A DNA stretch of 64,000 nucleotides from Candidatus Hydrogenedentota bacterium (GTDB lineage Bacteria > Hydrogenedentota > Hydrogenedentia > Hydrogenedentales > JAEUWI01). The notes below the pieces were generated by a model that ran no database searches, had not been told where the DNA came from, and saw nothing but the letters and a program-made list of their open reading frames with translations. The stretch is from the NCBI GenBank assembly GCA_034669905.1, contig JAXMOL010000008.1:32001-96000 (forward strand). Reading direction: 5' to 3'. Positions 40,415-49,032 of this stretch are shown piece after piece. Numbering within the stretch: position 1 is the stretch's first letter; each line of letters starts with the position of its first letter. Position numbers and translations under genes: made by a program.

Positions 40415-41026
40415 ATGGGGGGCAAGACGACGAACCGGGGCACGACCCTCTTAGAACTGATGTTTGCGGTGGCCATCATGACGATCGTGATGGGCACCTT
40501 GTTTACCCTTTCCCTCAGTATTGGCGATACGGCGCAGCTGCAGGATGTGAAGATCACCAATATCGATGAAGGCCGGCGCGCCCTCCTGGGGATTGTTCCC
40601 CGGGTGCGGCAGGCCCATCGGGCCAGTGTGAACTTTGAAGATATGCCCAGCGACGTCTTGCGCTTTCGGATGCCGGAAGACATTGACGACAACGGGCTGG
40701 CGATTGATCGCTTTAATTCGCTGGAGCTGGGCGACGAGATTACGATTCGTCGCGACAAGGATGATTTGAACAAGGACGGGGTGGCCAATTCGCAACTGAT
40801 CATGATTCAGGGCGAAACCATTACGGTGCTGGCCAACGCGTTGTCGCCCGATGAAGGCCCCGACCCGGAGCGGGAGGAAGACGCGGAACCCCGGGAGAAT
40901 ACAGCGGGCTTCTGGGTAGAAGAGGTATCTGGACGCCTGACGATTACGGTACGTACGGAAGGCACAACCCGACGAGGACAGGAAATAGGGCAGCAATTTA
41001 CGCAAATCGTGGAACCGAGGAACTGA
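40415..41026 (+). CDS. Type IV minor pilin, PilW-like (copy 2)
   Basis: NRG|TTLLE from ATG 40415; shares IGDTA.LQDVK, AGFWVEE and PRN end with copy 1. Confidence 0.82.
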   Translation: MGGKTTNRGTTLLELMFAVAIMTIVMGTLFTLSLSIGDTAQLQDVKITNIDEGRRALLGIVPRVRQAHRASVNFEDMPSDVLRFRMPEDIDDNGLAIDRFNSLELGDEITIRRDKDDLNKDGVANSQLIMIQGETITVLANALSPDEGPDPEREEDAEPRENTAGFWVEEVSGRLTITVRTEGTTRRGQEIGQQFTQIVEPRN

Positions 41027-41028
41027 AT

Positions 41029-42768
41029 ATGGATGATATAAAACCCCGTAGTAATCAAGGTATGGCCTTATTGATGGCCCTCTTCTTCATCGGCATTGCG
41101 GTGTTGATCGTGGGCGCACTCATGACGCGTATCATGCAGCAGCGGAAATCCGTGGCGCGCTATGAGGATTACAACAATTCGTTTCTTGGCCTGGAGGCCG
41201 CGATCAGCAAGAGTAAGGTGGAGCTGGAAAACGGCGGAGACGGCATCATCGGCATGGAAAACTGGGAGCCCAAATGGAGCGAGGACAACAAGCTGCTCCT
41301 CCCCGAATTTGGCGACGCCGGTGTGGAGCCCCAGACCCTTCAATCGATGGACGATGTACAGTATGCCTCGTATACCATCGCGTGGGCCGATGACGGGCAG
41401 GATAATAACGGGGATGGGCTTATCGACGACATTCATGAAGAGTGGATGTTTACCGTGTATGGGATGGCCAAGCGCGGGGCGGTCACCCGGAAAGTGGAGG
41501 TGGTGTATAAGGGCGACAACGTCAACGTATGGCAGAACGCGGTGTTCGCCGGCCCCGGCCTCCTGGGTGGCCTGATCAGTGGCAGCGTGAATGCACGGGG
41601 TTCGGTCCATATGCTGGGCGACAGTCTTTTGGAGGGGGTGGTTGGCCTTGCGACGCTGGGCCTGACGGGTACGACAACCGTTCGGAACAATTACAACGGC
41701 ATCCCGGATACGCTGCGCGACCGGATACCCGATCCGCCTCAGACGGTGTTTGAGGGTGAGACGGTGGAGACCCTGGGCGCCAAGCTGCGTGCCAAGAATG
41801 GTATCCTGAGCCTTACGGGTGCCTCTACCCTCGGTGATCCCCAGACGGTGGGGAACCTGGTAAAAGAAACCCTGGACGCCGTCTATGTGACAGGCGGCTG
41901 GGTCGGCGACGCGGTCACCCCCGACGGGGACCGGGGCGATCCCAACAGTGTCTACAGCGACAATGGGTGGGATGAACTGTATGACCTGGGCGACAAGGTC
42001 GTCTTCCCCACCCTCGGCGATTTCTGGCAGGATGCCCAGGGGGGCGCGCAGGCCACCAACCCGGACACGGGCGAGGCCTACAAGCACGAAGAGTATTTCA
42101 GCGAAGTCCTGGTGGGCGACAAGGATGACCCGAGTGACGGGATGTATACCGGAGACATGGTCATCGACACCCGGGCGGATCATTTCTACTGGAATGCAAG
42201 CACGGGCCAGCAGATGTCGGGCTCCCTCCCGGGCACCTCACCGCCGAAGACGGAAGACTACATCCTCTTTAATGAAGACACGGATGTGATGGAGATCAAT
42301 GGTCAGATCGTCGTGGATGGGGACCTGAAGTTTAAGGGCAAGGGATCGCAGAAGACGATTTTCTACACGGGCAAGGGCGCCATCCTGGTGAACGGCGATG
42401 TGCAGATCGACTCCAATCTGCTGACTGTCAATGACGGCGATGCCTCCGACACGAGCGAGAGTTTTCCGGTGGACAACGCGCTGGGCATCATGTCGAAGAA
42501 CAAGATCCTCATCGGCTCCAGCCTCCTCGACCTGCTCTTCTCCCGGGACCTGGATATCATGGGGGCCTTCTACGCCGAGAAACAGATTACGTCCCTGAAG
42601 AAAGCCAATGTGGCGGGCAGCATGGTCGCCAGCTATTTCGATTTGAGCCTCAAACCCCCTGCGGTGTATCAGGTGCCAAGCCTGGGTCGCAATCTACCGG
42701 AAGGCATGGTGGGTGACTATCCCATTATGGCCATTGTACAGCTATCTTGGAGAGAACTGGGCCTATAA
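41029..42768 (+). CDS. Large PilX-like minor pilin (copy 2)
   Basis: NQG|MALLM; colinear with copy 1 (SDNGWDE.YDLGDKV, WRELGL). Confidence 0.8.
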   Translation: MDDIKPRSNQGMALLMALFFIGIAVLIVGALMTRIMQQRKSVARYEDYNNSFLGLEAAISKSKVELENGGDGIIGMENWEPKWSEDNKLLLPEFGDAGVEPQTLQSMDDVQYASYTIAWADDGQDNNGDGLIDDIHEEWMFTVYGMAKRGAVTRKVEVVYKGDNVNVWQNAVFAGPGLLGGLISGSVNARGSVHMLGDSLLEGVVGLATLGLTGTTTVRNNYNGIPDTLRDRIPDPPQTVFEGETVETLGAKLRAKNGILSLTGASTLGDPQTVGNLVKETLDAVYVTGGWVGDAVTPDGDRGDPNSVYSDNGWDELYDLGDKVVFPTLGDFWQDAQGGAQATNPDTGEAYKHEEYFSEVLVGDKDDPSDGMYTGDMVIDTRADHFYWNASTGQQMSGSLPGTSPPKTEDYILFNEDTDVMEINGQIVVDGDLKFKGKGSQKTIFYTGKGAILVNGDVQIDSNLLTVNDGDASDTSESFPVDNALGIMSKNKILIGSSLLDLLFSRDLDIMGAFYAEKQITSLKKANVAGSMVASYFDLSLKPPAVYQVPSLGRNLPEGMVGDYPIMAIVQLSWRELGL

Positions 42769-43352
42769 GCGTAGCCGATGCTGTTCGCTGGCTGAGAGGG
42801 TATGGGATCATCGTGCTGTTGGTTGTCGCCATTGTGGCGGCCATCAGTTGGAATCCCCGGGGAGCCGAATCATCCGCAGAAACTGTTGTATCGCCTGCAC
42901 CCACTGTTGCGGCCGCCGCGCCATTGACGGAACGCACAGAAGACGCAGAACAGGCCGCCTTGACGCGAGACCTGGAGGCCACCCTTGCACGCCAACGGGC
43001 CCACCGCGCGCGGCGCGCCGCGGAAAAGTCCACGATTGAAACCCACCTCGAAATCCTGGACACCCTCGGGGAAGAGGAAGACGGGGATGAATACGCCTCG
43101 CGCCTCTATGCCCTGGGCAACCTCTACCAGCAGAAGAATCTGGATTTTGCCACGGCGGCGGGCTACTACGAGTTGCTCATTGACCGCCACCCCGAGTGGC
43201 CCGGCATTCGCGGGGCCTACCACCAGCTCATCTCCTGCTATGTGCAGACCGACAACCAGACCGCCCTGCGGCTTCTCTATCGCAAGATGATCGAAGTCTT
43301 CCCCGAAGACAGCGAGGAAGCGCTGTATGCGGAGGCCGCGCTGCAACGCTGA
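42747..43352 (+). CDS. Membrane-anchored TPR protein (copy 2); start uncertain (TTG 42747 or ATA 42765)
   Basis: YALGNLY...WPGIRGAYHQLISCY, paralog of 39160..39726. Confidence 0.75.
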   Translation: MERTGPISVADAVRWLRGYGIIVLLVVAIVAAISWNPRGAESSAETVVSPAPTVAAAAPLTERTEDAEQAALTRDLEATLARQRAHRARRAAEKSTIETHLEILDTLGEEEDGDEYASRLYALGNLYQQKNLDFATAAGYYELLIDRHPEWPGIRGAYHQLISCYVQTDNQTALRLLYRKMIEVFPEDSEEALYAEAALQR

Positions 43353-43449
43353 GACTTGGGTCGCAGGCGAACAGTCTCATCCGACCGACCACCTGCGGCA
43401 GAACCTCCCTGCCACACCCGTGCCGGCGGGCCGTCGGCGCGCTATAATG

Positions 43450-43489
43450 AACACCCCGGGCGGGGCTTGTGGCCCATGCCCGGGGTGTT
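43450..43489. terminator. Hairpin between convergent genes
   Basis: aacaccccgggc...gcccggggtgtt. Confidence 0.7.
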
Positions 43490-43519
43490 ATATCCGTAAT
43501 AGTTAGCGCAAGGGGAATA

Positions 43520-45238
43520 TCAGGCGCTCTTTTTCAGGTGCTTCTTGTGGGCGTCGCGCAGGTTTTCGGCGAGGTCCACGGTCTGCTGGATTTGTTCGCG
43601 TGTCAGGTCAACGGCATTGATGATGTCGGCCGCGGTCTTGGCACATTTGTAGGGGTCTGGTGCATTGACGTTGCCCGCGAGGGTGAAGGCCACGCTTGCG
43701 GTGACTTCGAAAATGGCACTGCCCACTTCCGACCAAACCGGGTTCTTCACGCTGATCGCCTTGAGCTCGTTTTCCAGCTTGCTGCTGTTGGTACGGTTCT
43801 TTTTGACGCGGGCGTTGAGCTTGATCATCTCCTTGATGATCTTGTCGACCCGTTTGGTAACCTTGTCGATATTGCCCAGGATTTTCGTCAGGAGTTTGAA
43901 CTCGGTGTCGGAGAGGGAATCGCGGCCGAGTTTTTGAATCTCCTTAAAAGCCTTGTCGGCCTCGCGCTGCTTGGCCAGCCAGTCCGAGAGATTGTCACCC
44001 AGTTTGTCAGCTTTTACTTCCAGGTTGTCAATCTTCTCATCGTAGGTGCCCACATCATCTTTCACGCTCTTGAGCGTGGTAATCATGGTCGGGGCGAGGG
44101 CGTTGACACCGCGCTTGGTCAACTCGGCCATACCCACTTTGTTGGAAACGCCACCGGCCTTTTTCACCTCGGGGTCCTGAAGCCATTTGTTGTATTGCTT
44201 CTTCAGGGTGTTGAGGTCTTTGGCAATGCCATTGGCCATCATTTCCGCGGTGCTGGCGATATCGGCCAGCTGACGTCCGATTTCCACGCTGGCCTTTGCC
44301 AGGCCCAGGCAACCGGCGACGGTGGAGACGCCCAGGGTGAAGGGCGTCATGGCCAGGCCAGCGACCGACGCGGCTGCGCCGCCAATGGCCAGGACCAGTT
44401 TACCCGCACGTTTTACGTTGGCCCAGGCCGCCTTCTTTTTGAGTTTACCGAGCCGCGCGGCTTCTTCGGTGGCGCGATCGATACAATCATTGATGGCGTC
44501 CTCAATGGCCCCATCCATTTTCTTCTGCTCTGCCGCGAGTTTGCTGCCATTGCCCACGTTTTTGTCGGCCGTTTTCAACGCTGCGGCAATGTCGCTGACC
44601 AGTTTCCCGAAGTCACCGGCATCTTTTATTTTCTGCGACTGATTGACGTATTCCTTCTTTTCGGAAAACTGCTTGAGCACTTCTTTGCTGTCAATAATAA
44701 CCGCAAGAGAGAGCTTTCCTTCCGCCTCAATATTCTTGAGGCTGCCCGCTTTGGCTACGGCGAGGCGGACCACATCGGGGTGCTTGAAGACGACGATGGG
44801 GGGCGGAATCTTTTCTTTGGATTCTTTGATGGCGAGACCCATGTCTGAGCCGATGAGGGCTTCCGCCTTTTGCGCACGCGCCTTTTGCTCTTTGCCCACG
44901 TTGGCCAGGGCCTTCTGGAGCGGCTCGTAGATCGACTTGTCCAGCCCCGAGTCTTTTGCCGCCTGCATGTAGGCTTTCAGGGTGGGGTTGATGGTACCCG
45001 TGCGGAGTTTCTCCATCTTGGGATAATCGGGATAGAGTTTTACCCACTTGTCCAGATTGGGACCGAGGTCGCTGCTGAAGCCCTTCTTGGCCAGGGTTTC
45101 ATAAGCCTTCTGCTGCGACTTCTTCTTGTCGTTGTTTTTCTTGTCGAGGTCGGCCGAGGCCTTCTTCGCCTTTTTTTTCGCGTTGGACCAACTATCCCGC
45201 AGTGACGGGGAAGCTAGTTCGTTGGGGGTCTTTGCCAT
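43520..45238 (-). CDS. Hypothetical Lys-rich coiled-coil protein with central hydrophobic hairpin
   Basis: gaggag RBS; 572 aa, helical; GKLVLAIGGAAASVAGLAMTPFTLGVSTVAGCLGLA; no signal peptide. Confidence 0.8.
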   Translation of the reverse strand: MAKTPNELASPSLRDSWSNAKKKAKKASADLDKKNNDKKKSQQKAYETLAKKGFSSDLGPNLDKWVKLYPDYPKMEKLRTGTINPTLKAYMQAAKDSGLDKSIYEPLQKALANVGKEQKARAQKAEALIGSDMGLAIKESKEKIPPPIVVFKHPDVVRLAVAKAGSLKNIEAEGKLSLAVIIDSKEVLKQFSEKKEYVNQSQKIKDAGDFGKLVSDIAAALKTADKNVGNGSKLAAEQKKMDGAIEDAINDCIDRATEEAARLGKLKKKAAWANVKRAGKLVLAIGGAAASVAGLAMTPFTLGVSTVAGCLGLAKASVEIGRQLADIASTAEMMANGIAKDLNTLKKQYNKWLQDPEVKKAGGVSNKVGMAELTKRGVNALAPTMITTLKSVKDDVGTYDEKIDNLEVKADKLGDNLSDWLAKQREADKAFKEIQKLGRDSLSDTEFKLLTKILGNIDKVTKRVDKIIKEMIKLNARVKKNRTNSSKLENELKAISVKNPVWSEVGSAIFEVTASVAFTLAGNVNAPDPYKCAKTAADIINAVDLTREQIQQTVDLAENLRDAHKKHLKKSA

Positions 45239-45551
45239 AAATTACATTCTCCTCGTTGGGCCCGCCAGGCCTTTGTCCCTGCTCAGGTGAATGACCGACT
45301 GCTTTCTCGCCATTCGGGTTGCGAAAAAATAATAACACGTTGGTTGTAGAATAAACAGACGTAAATGGCATTGAACTCCCGCGCATGCCAGGGAGCAGCC
45401 AGGGTCTCCCGTTGGGACTATAACCCCCTTAGGCAGGTGCCCTTCCGACCGCTCCACGGGACCTTCCCGCAAGGCGCGTTTATGGAGAGGTAGTCGCAGG
45501 TGACAACTTTCCGTCGGTGGTGCCGATAAGAGTTGTTCTCTCGTGACCAGC

Positions 45552-45573
45552 CTTGACGGGAATTCCCGTCAAG
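45552..45573. promoter_or_regulatory. Perfect 22-bp palindrome, probable operator or enhancer
   Basis: cttgacgggaattcccgtcaag. Confidence 0.7.
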
Positions 45574-45644
45574 AGTATTTTGCGGCCACCCACACAGTTG
45601 GGCATAACCGGTCATAAAACCCTATTTTTTCGAGGTTTATAATC

Positions 45645-45661
45645 TTGGCCCGCTTTTTGCG
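45645..45661 (+). promoter_or_regulatory. Sigma-54 (-24/-12) promoter of the PEP-CTERM gene
   Basis: TTGGCCCGCTTTTTGC, one mismatch from the TGGCACG-N4-TTGC consensus. Confidence 0.75.
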
Positions 45662-45712
45662 TTACCTAGAGTGCCGCTTGGGAAAAGGGGCGGCACTGGG
45701 AAGGTAAGAGTC

Positions 45713-46504
45713 ATGGTCAAGAATGGAATAACCCTGGCGGTTATCCTCGTGTTGGGAAGCACGGTGGGTAATCCTGCGGCCTACGCCGTAACAATTTTGG
45801 GTGGGAGCAATTATCTCACCACCGTCGATGATACGTTTGTGGATTTTTCGCTTCTGGGAAGTCCTCTCGGATTGGGATTGGTCGCCTTTGAAGGCCAACC
45901 CACCGGTCCGGGTGACACGGATTCGATCATCCGACGCACGGAGGATGGTCAACTTCCCGGCGCGGGGGATATGGACACGGTGGACATCGAATTGGTCGGT
46001 CTGTCGCTGGTCAGCGTCGCCCCGGTCATCGTTGGCGGAAGCACCTTCGATATCAATATTACACTGGATGGTACCGCGCCCTCCTTGGGGCAAATGGACA
46101 TCACCCTGGATGATGCGCTTACGCCGGCTGGCACCTTTACATCCTTCTTCGATATCTTCTTCGAAATCACGCTCGTGGACGCAACAACCCATAGCGTGCT
46201 CCAGACCGTCAATGGCCTCTCTCCGCTTCGGGTGGAGTCTACGGGCAACTGGACGAGTGTCGCCCCGACCGGCTATGTGGCGGTGACGGGTGCGCCGGGT
46301 GATACGATGGCGAACACCCATGACCCCCTGGCACCGGGTTACTTTGATTTTTACGTGGATGGGCTGATCTTCACCGCCCCCCCCGACAATAGCGCGCAAC
46401 ACGCTGCGCGCACTTCGGTCATACCCGAGCCGGGTACGGCCACGCTTTTATGCCTGGGCGCATTGGGTATGGGCATATACAGACGGTGTCGTCAGGGGTA
46501 CTAG
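45713..46504 (+). CDS. PEP-CTERM sorting domain protein
   Basis: Signal peptide; C-terminal VIPEPGTATLLCLGALGMGIYRRCR. Confidence 0.9.
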   Translation: MVKNGITLAVILVLGSTVGNPAAYAVTILGGSNYLTTVDDTFVDFSLLGSPLGLGLVAFEGQPTGPGDTDSIIRRTEDGQLPGAGDMDTVDIELVGLSLVSVAPVIVGGSTFDINITLDGTAPSLGQMDITLDDALTPAGTFTSFFDIFFEITLVDATTHSVLQTVNGLSPLRVESTGNWTSVAPTGYVAVTGAPGDTMANTHDPLAPGYFDFYVDGLIFTAPPDNSAQHAARTSVIPEPGTATLLCLGALGMGIYRRCRQGY

Positions 46505-46578
46505 GAAGCCGCTTACCCGCGTGGAACGTCGCCTTCGGGTGATGGCCCCGCCACGGTAGACTGGCGACACTACGGGGT

Positions 46579-46621
46579 GATGCCCGCATGGTTTCAACAC
46601 CGTGCGGGCATCTTCGTGTTT
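46579..46621. terminator. Terminator hairpin between convergent genes
   Basis: gatgcccgcatggt-ttcaac-accgtgcgggcatc-ttcgtgttt. Confidence 0.75.
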
Positions 46622-46644
46622 CAGGATGATTGATCCGGGATGCG

Positions 46645-47517
46645 TTACTTCAACATCGCCACCATGGCGTCGGCGAAGGCCGTGCCCAGTTTAATCTGGC
46701 CAGCGGCGTTGTAGTGGACCGTATCGTCGGCGAGGTCCATGCCTTCGGTGGGGACCATGCGGGCCCATTCGTAGGCGTCTGGATGGCCGGAATCCCGATC
46801 GAGATTGGCCTGAGACTGGCGGAGTTCGACCGGGTGGGTAAAGCGTTTCGCTCGGGGCGCGTAGGGCAGGGTTTGTCCGTAGACGAGGGGACAGGGCGCG
46901 GCACCGATGTCTTCCAGGAGGCGCTGGTGCCATTGACGGAGGCATTGGGCGTATTCGGTGGCCGATACCTCATGCTTAGCGTCGGCTTCCCCCTGCATCC
47001 AAAGTACACCACGAACGCGGTAGGCGATGCCTTCGGCTTCCAACCTGGCCAGGGCGGGACGCACCTGTTTCAGGAGCTTCTGGTAGAGGGTACCCACATT
47101 GGGATCGTCGGGCCCTTCGCCGGGGTAAAAGGTTTCTCGGTTGGGTGCGGGCGGACTCCCCAGCCACTTACCATGGTGCCAGCCGTGGTGAAGGGGGCGG
47201 CCGCCGAGGGCGTACTTGATGAGGTAGATGGGGTGCTCGGGCGTTGCGCCGGGGTAGTGGCGGGCAAAGGCGAGCTCGGGTCCGAAGCGCTCCACGGTCT
47301 GGCTGGTCTTCGTCTTTCCGGGCACCAGGGTCTCGAAGTCCGTGCCATTCCAGAAGCGGGCCTGGGGAATGGGTGCGCGCTCGGATTCGGGCAGTTGGGC
47401 TACCTTGGGGGAACCCACCATGTTGGATTGGCCGGAAAGGATGAAGACCTCCACGGGCTCGGCCATGGTGGATGCCATGGCCAGGAGGCCGAGTATCATG
47501 ACGGGTATGCGGAACAT
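46645..47517 (-). CDS. Sialate O-acetylesterase / CE6-like SGNH esterase, secreted
   Basis: GQSNM, FGPELAF, WMQGEAD, DTVH. Confidence 0.9.
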   Translation of the reverse strand: MFRIPVMILGLLAMASTMAEPVEVFILSGQSNMVGSPKVAQLPESERAPIPQARFWNGTDFETLVPGKTKTSQTVERFGPELAFARHYPGATPEHPIYLIKYALGGRPLHHGWHHGKWLGSPPAPNRETFYPGEGPDDPNVGTLYQKLLKQVRPALARLEAEGIAYRVRGVLWMQGEADAKHEVSATEYAQCLRQWHQRLLEDIGAAPCPLVYGQTLPYAPRAKRFTHPVELRQSQANLDRDSGHPDAYEWARMVPTEGMDLADDTVHYNAAGQIKLGTAFADAMVAMLK

Positions 47518-47662
47518 TAGATGGTGTCTCCCCGGGGTTGTTGTCGGCTACACGGCGAAGGCCGCAGAGCAACAGTATACGTAGCCAGGGGGAACTATTT
47601 CAGGTCCGTGGTACAGGCTGTATTGCCGAGAAAAAACAGCGAGCAAAGCCGCGAAGAACAAC

Positions 47663-47842
47663 GGGGGTTGACCATTCCTGGTCGACACAAAAGGCACGGC
47701 TAGTTTCACGCACCCTCCGCCCATGGCAAGCGGGCTGGAAATCCAAGAGATTGGAGTTCAGCACTTCACATCACGTGAACGACATCACGTGCCGCTCGAA
47801 ACCTGGCGTGGGCCCTATGTCGACCAGGAATGGTCAACCCCC
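47663..47842. repeat. REP-doublet/MITE-like element with perfect 25-bp terminal inverted repeats
   Basis: gggggttgaccattcctggtcgaca (47663-47687) and its exact reverse complement (47818-47842); each arm is itself a hairpin. Confidence 0.85.
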
Positions 47843-47849
47843 TGTTGGA

Positions 47850-47885
47850 CACGGGCAAACCCTGGCGGGCCTGCCCGTGGCACCC
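47850..47885. repeat. 36-bp REP-like hairpin (copy C)
   Basis: cacgggcaaaccctggcgggcctgcccgtggcaccc, also at 48852-48887 and 49961-49996. Confidence 0.9.
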
Positions 47886-47922
47886 AAACGTGCTCGGTGG
47901 GAAGTGTGGCTTTCCCCCTTTT

Positions 47923-48675
47923 TTAACAACCTTCTTGTGCTCCCCACTCGGCAACGCGTCCCACCAGCTCCCCCGCTCCAGCTTTCGAAGAGAGATAAAG
48001 TACGAGATGCAATTTAAATTCGCTGGGGCGCTCATCCACGATAAGATCAGGCAATCCATCGCGGTCCAAGTCCCCTACCCATAATATCTGGGGAAAACTG
48101 TCGACTCCCAGTTCTGTAATGGAAAGCAGTGTCTGCCGGCGACTCCCTACGTTAGATTTACGTTCCAGCACCCACCCGTAGTTTCGAGATCTAATCTTGG
48201 CCTTGTCCGCAGGCTCCTCGGTAGTGCCAACGGCGCGCACACTATAGTGCACCTCGAAATCTTGGTGCTCGTCGGTAAACGCTATCCCCTCTCCCGGATT
48301 CAAGAATTCCCCCCTGCCATAGTTCCAGTACAACGCCTTCACTGGCCCGGCCCGAAGCCCCTCAATGCCCCGCAAGATTACCTCGGGCTGCCTAAGTCTT
48401 GGTGAGATCGCAATTTCAACATCACTCGGTGCTTCGGTACGCCTTTGATCCCTACTATAAACAGCCGCCATGGTGATTGATATGGGCTCCATTTTAAACT
48501 GAACGAATGTCCCTTCTCGATAGAGCCCCCACCACCCATCTCCAGACTTTACTTCATCGGCGTTATGAAATTGGCCTGGAATGGCGATTTCAATCGCTTC
48601 ACCTGCTACGGCTACATTGGTGGTGTTAAGCAGGATGGAGAGCAGAATGGCTGCCGCAATGATAGGGTATTTCAT
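47923..48675 (-). CDS. Secreted hypothetical protein, paralog 1 (FG-GAP-like GDLDRDG motif)
   Basis: MKYPIIAAAILL signal; AIPGQ..ADEV.SGDGWWG; ILWVGDLDRDGLPD; ends in Cys. Confidence 0.8.
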   Translation of the reverse strand: MKYPIIAAAILLSILLNTTNVAVAGEAIEIAIPGQFHNADEVKSGDGWWGLYREGTFVQFKMEPISITMAAVYSRDQRRTEAPSDVEIAISPRLRQPEVILRGIEGLRAGPVKALYWNYGRGEFLNPGEGIAFTDEHQDFEVHYSVRAVGTTEEPADKAKIRSRNYGWVLERKSNVGSRRQTLLSITELGVDSFPQILWVGDLDRDGLPDLIVDERPSEFKLHLVLYLSSKAGAGELVGRVAEWGAQEGC

Positions 48676-48765
48676 GACTTTCCTTTCCCGGGTAGTGTCG
48701 AGGTCGAAAGCGGAATACGATTGACGGCACATCGGGGTAAGAACCACACCCGCAACGCGACCCAC

Positions 48766-48887
48766 GCTCCACGCGCACGAACTTCACCCAACTCGTTTAG
48801 ACTCGCAGGGAGAAGATCGCGCGGCACGGGGCCGTTGTTTGACGACGAGCTCACGGGCAAACCTTGGCGGGCCTGCCCGTGGCACCC
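48766..48887. repeat. 122-bp direct repeat (copy B) ending in the REP-like hairpin
   Basis: 3 mismatches versus 49875-49996. Confidence 0.95.
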
Positions 48888-48937
48888 CATAGTGATCTTT
48901 TTTCACCTGAGAAACCAGCGCTTGGACACCATCTTTT

Positions 48938-48967
48938 TTCGTGTCCATTCGTGTCCATTCGTGGTTG
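48938..48967. repeat. Short 10-mer tandem repeat (ttcgtgtcca) x about 2.5
   Basis: ttcgtgtcca ttcgtgtcca ttcgtggtt. Confidence 0.7.
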
Positions 48968-49032
48968 CCTTATCTTCCCGGACGCCGACTCTGAGTCACC
49001 TGTTGACGTCTAGAAGGACATGAGAGAAATCG

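Noticed and set aside
36386..43352. Diversity-generating retroelement, or assembly duplication, as the explanation for the twin cassettes
   Set aside because: No reverse transcriptase; differences are spread throughout and are not adenine-specific; the copies are too diverged to be an assembly repeat
45390..45480. Cobalamin, c-di-GMP or 6S RNA assignment
   Set aside because: Only short fragments resemble these (GGGAAGG, ACCTGCC, CCTAAG); the core consensus elements are missing
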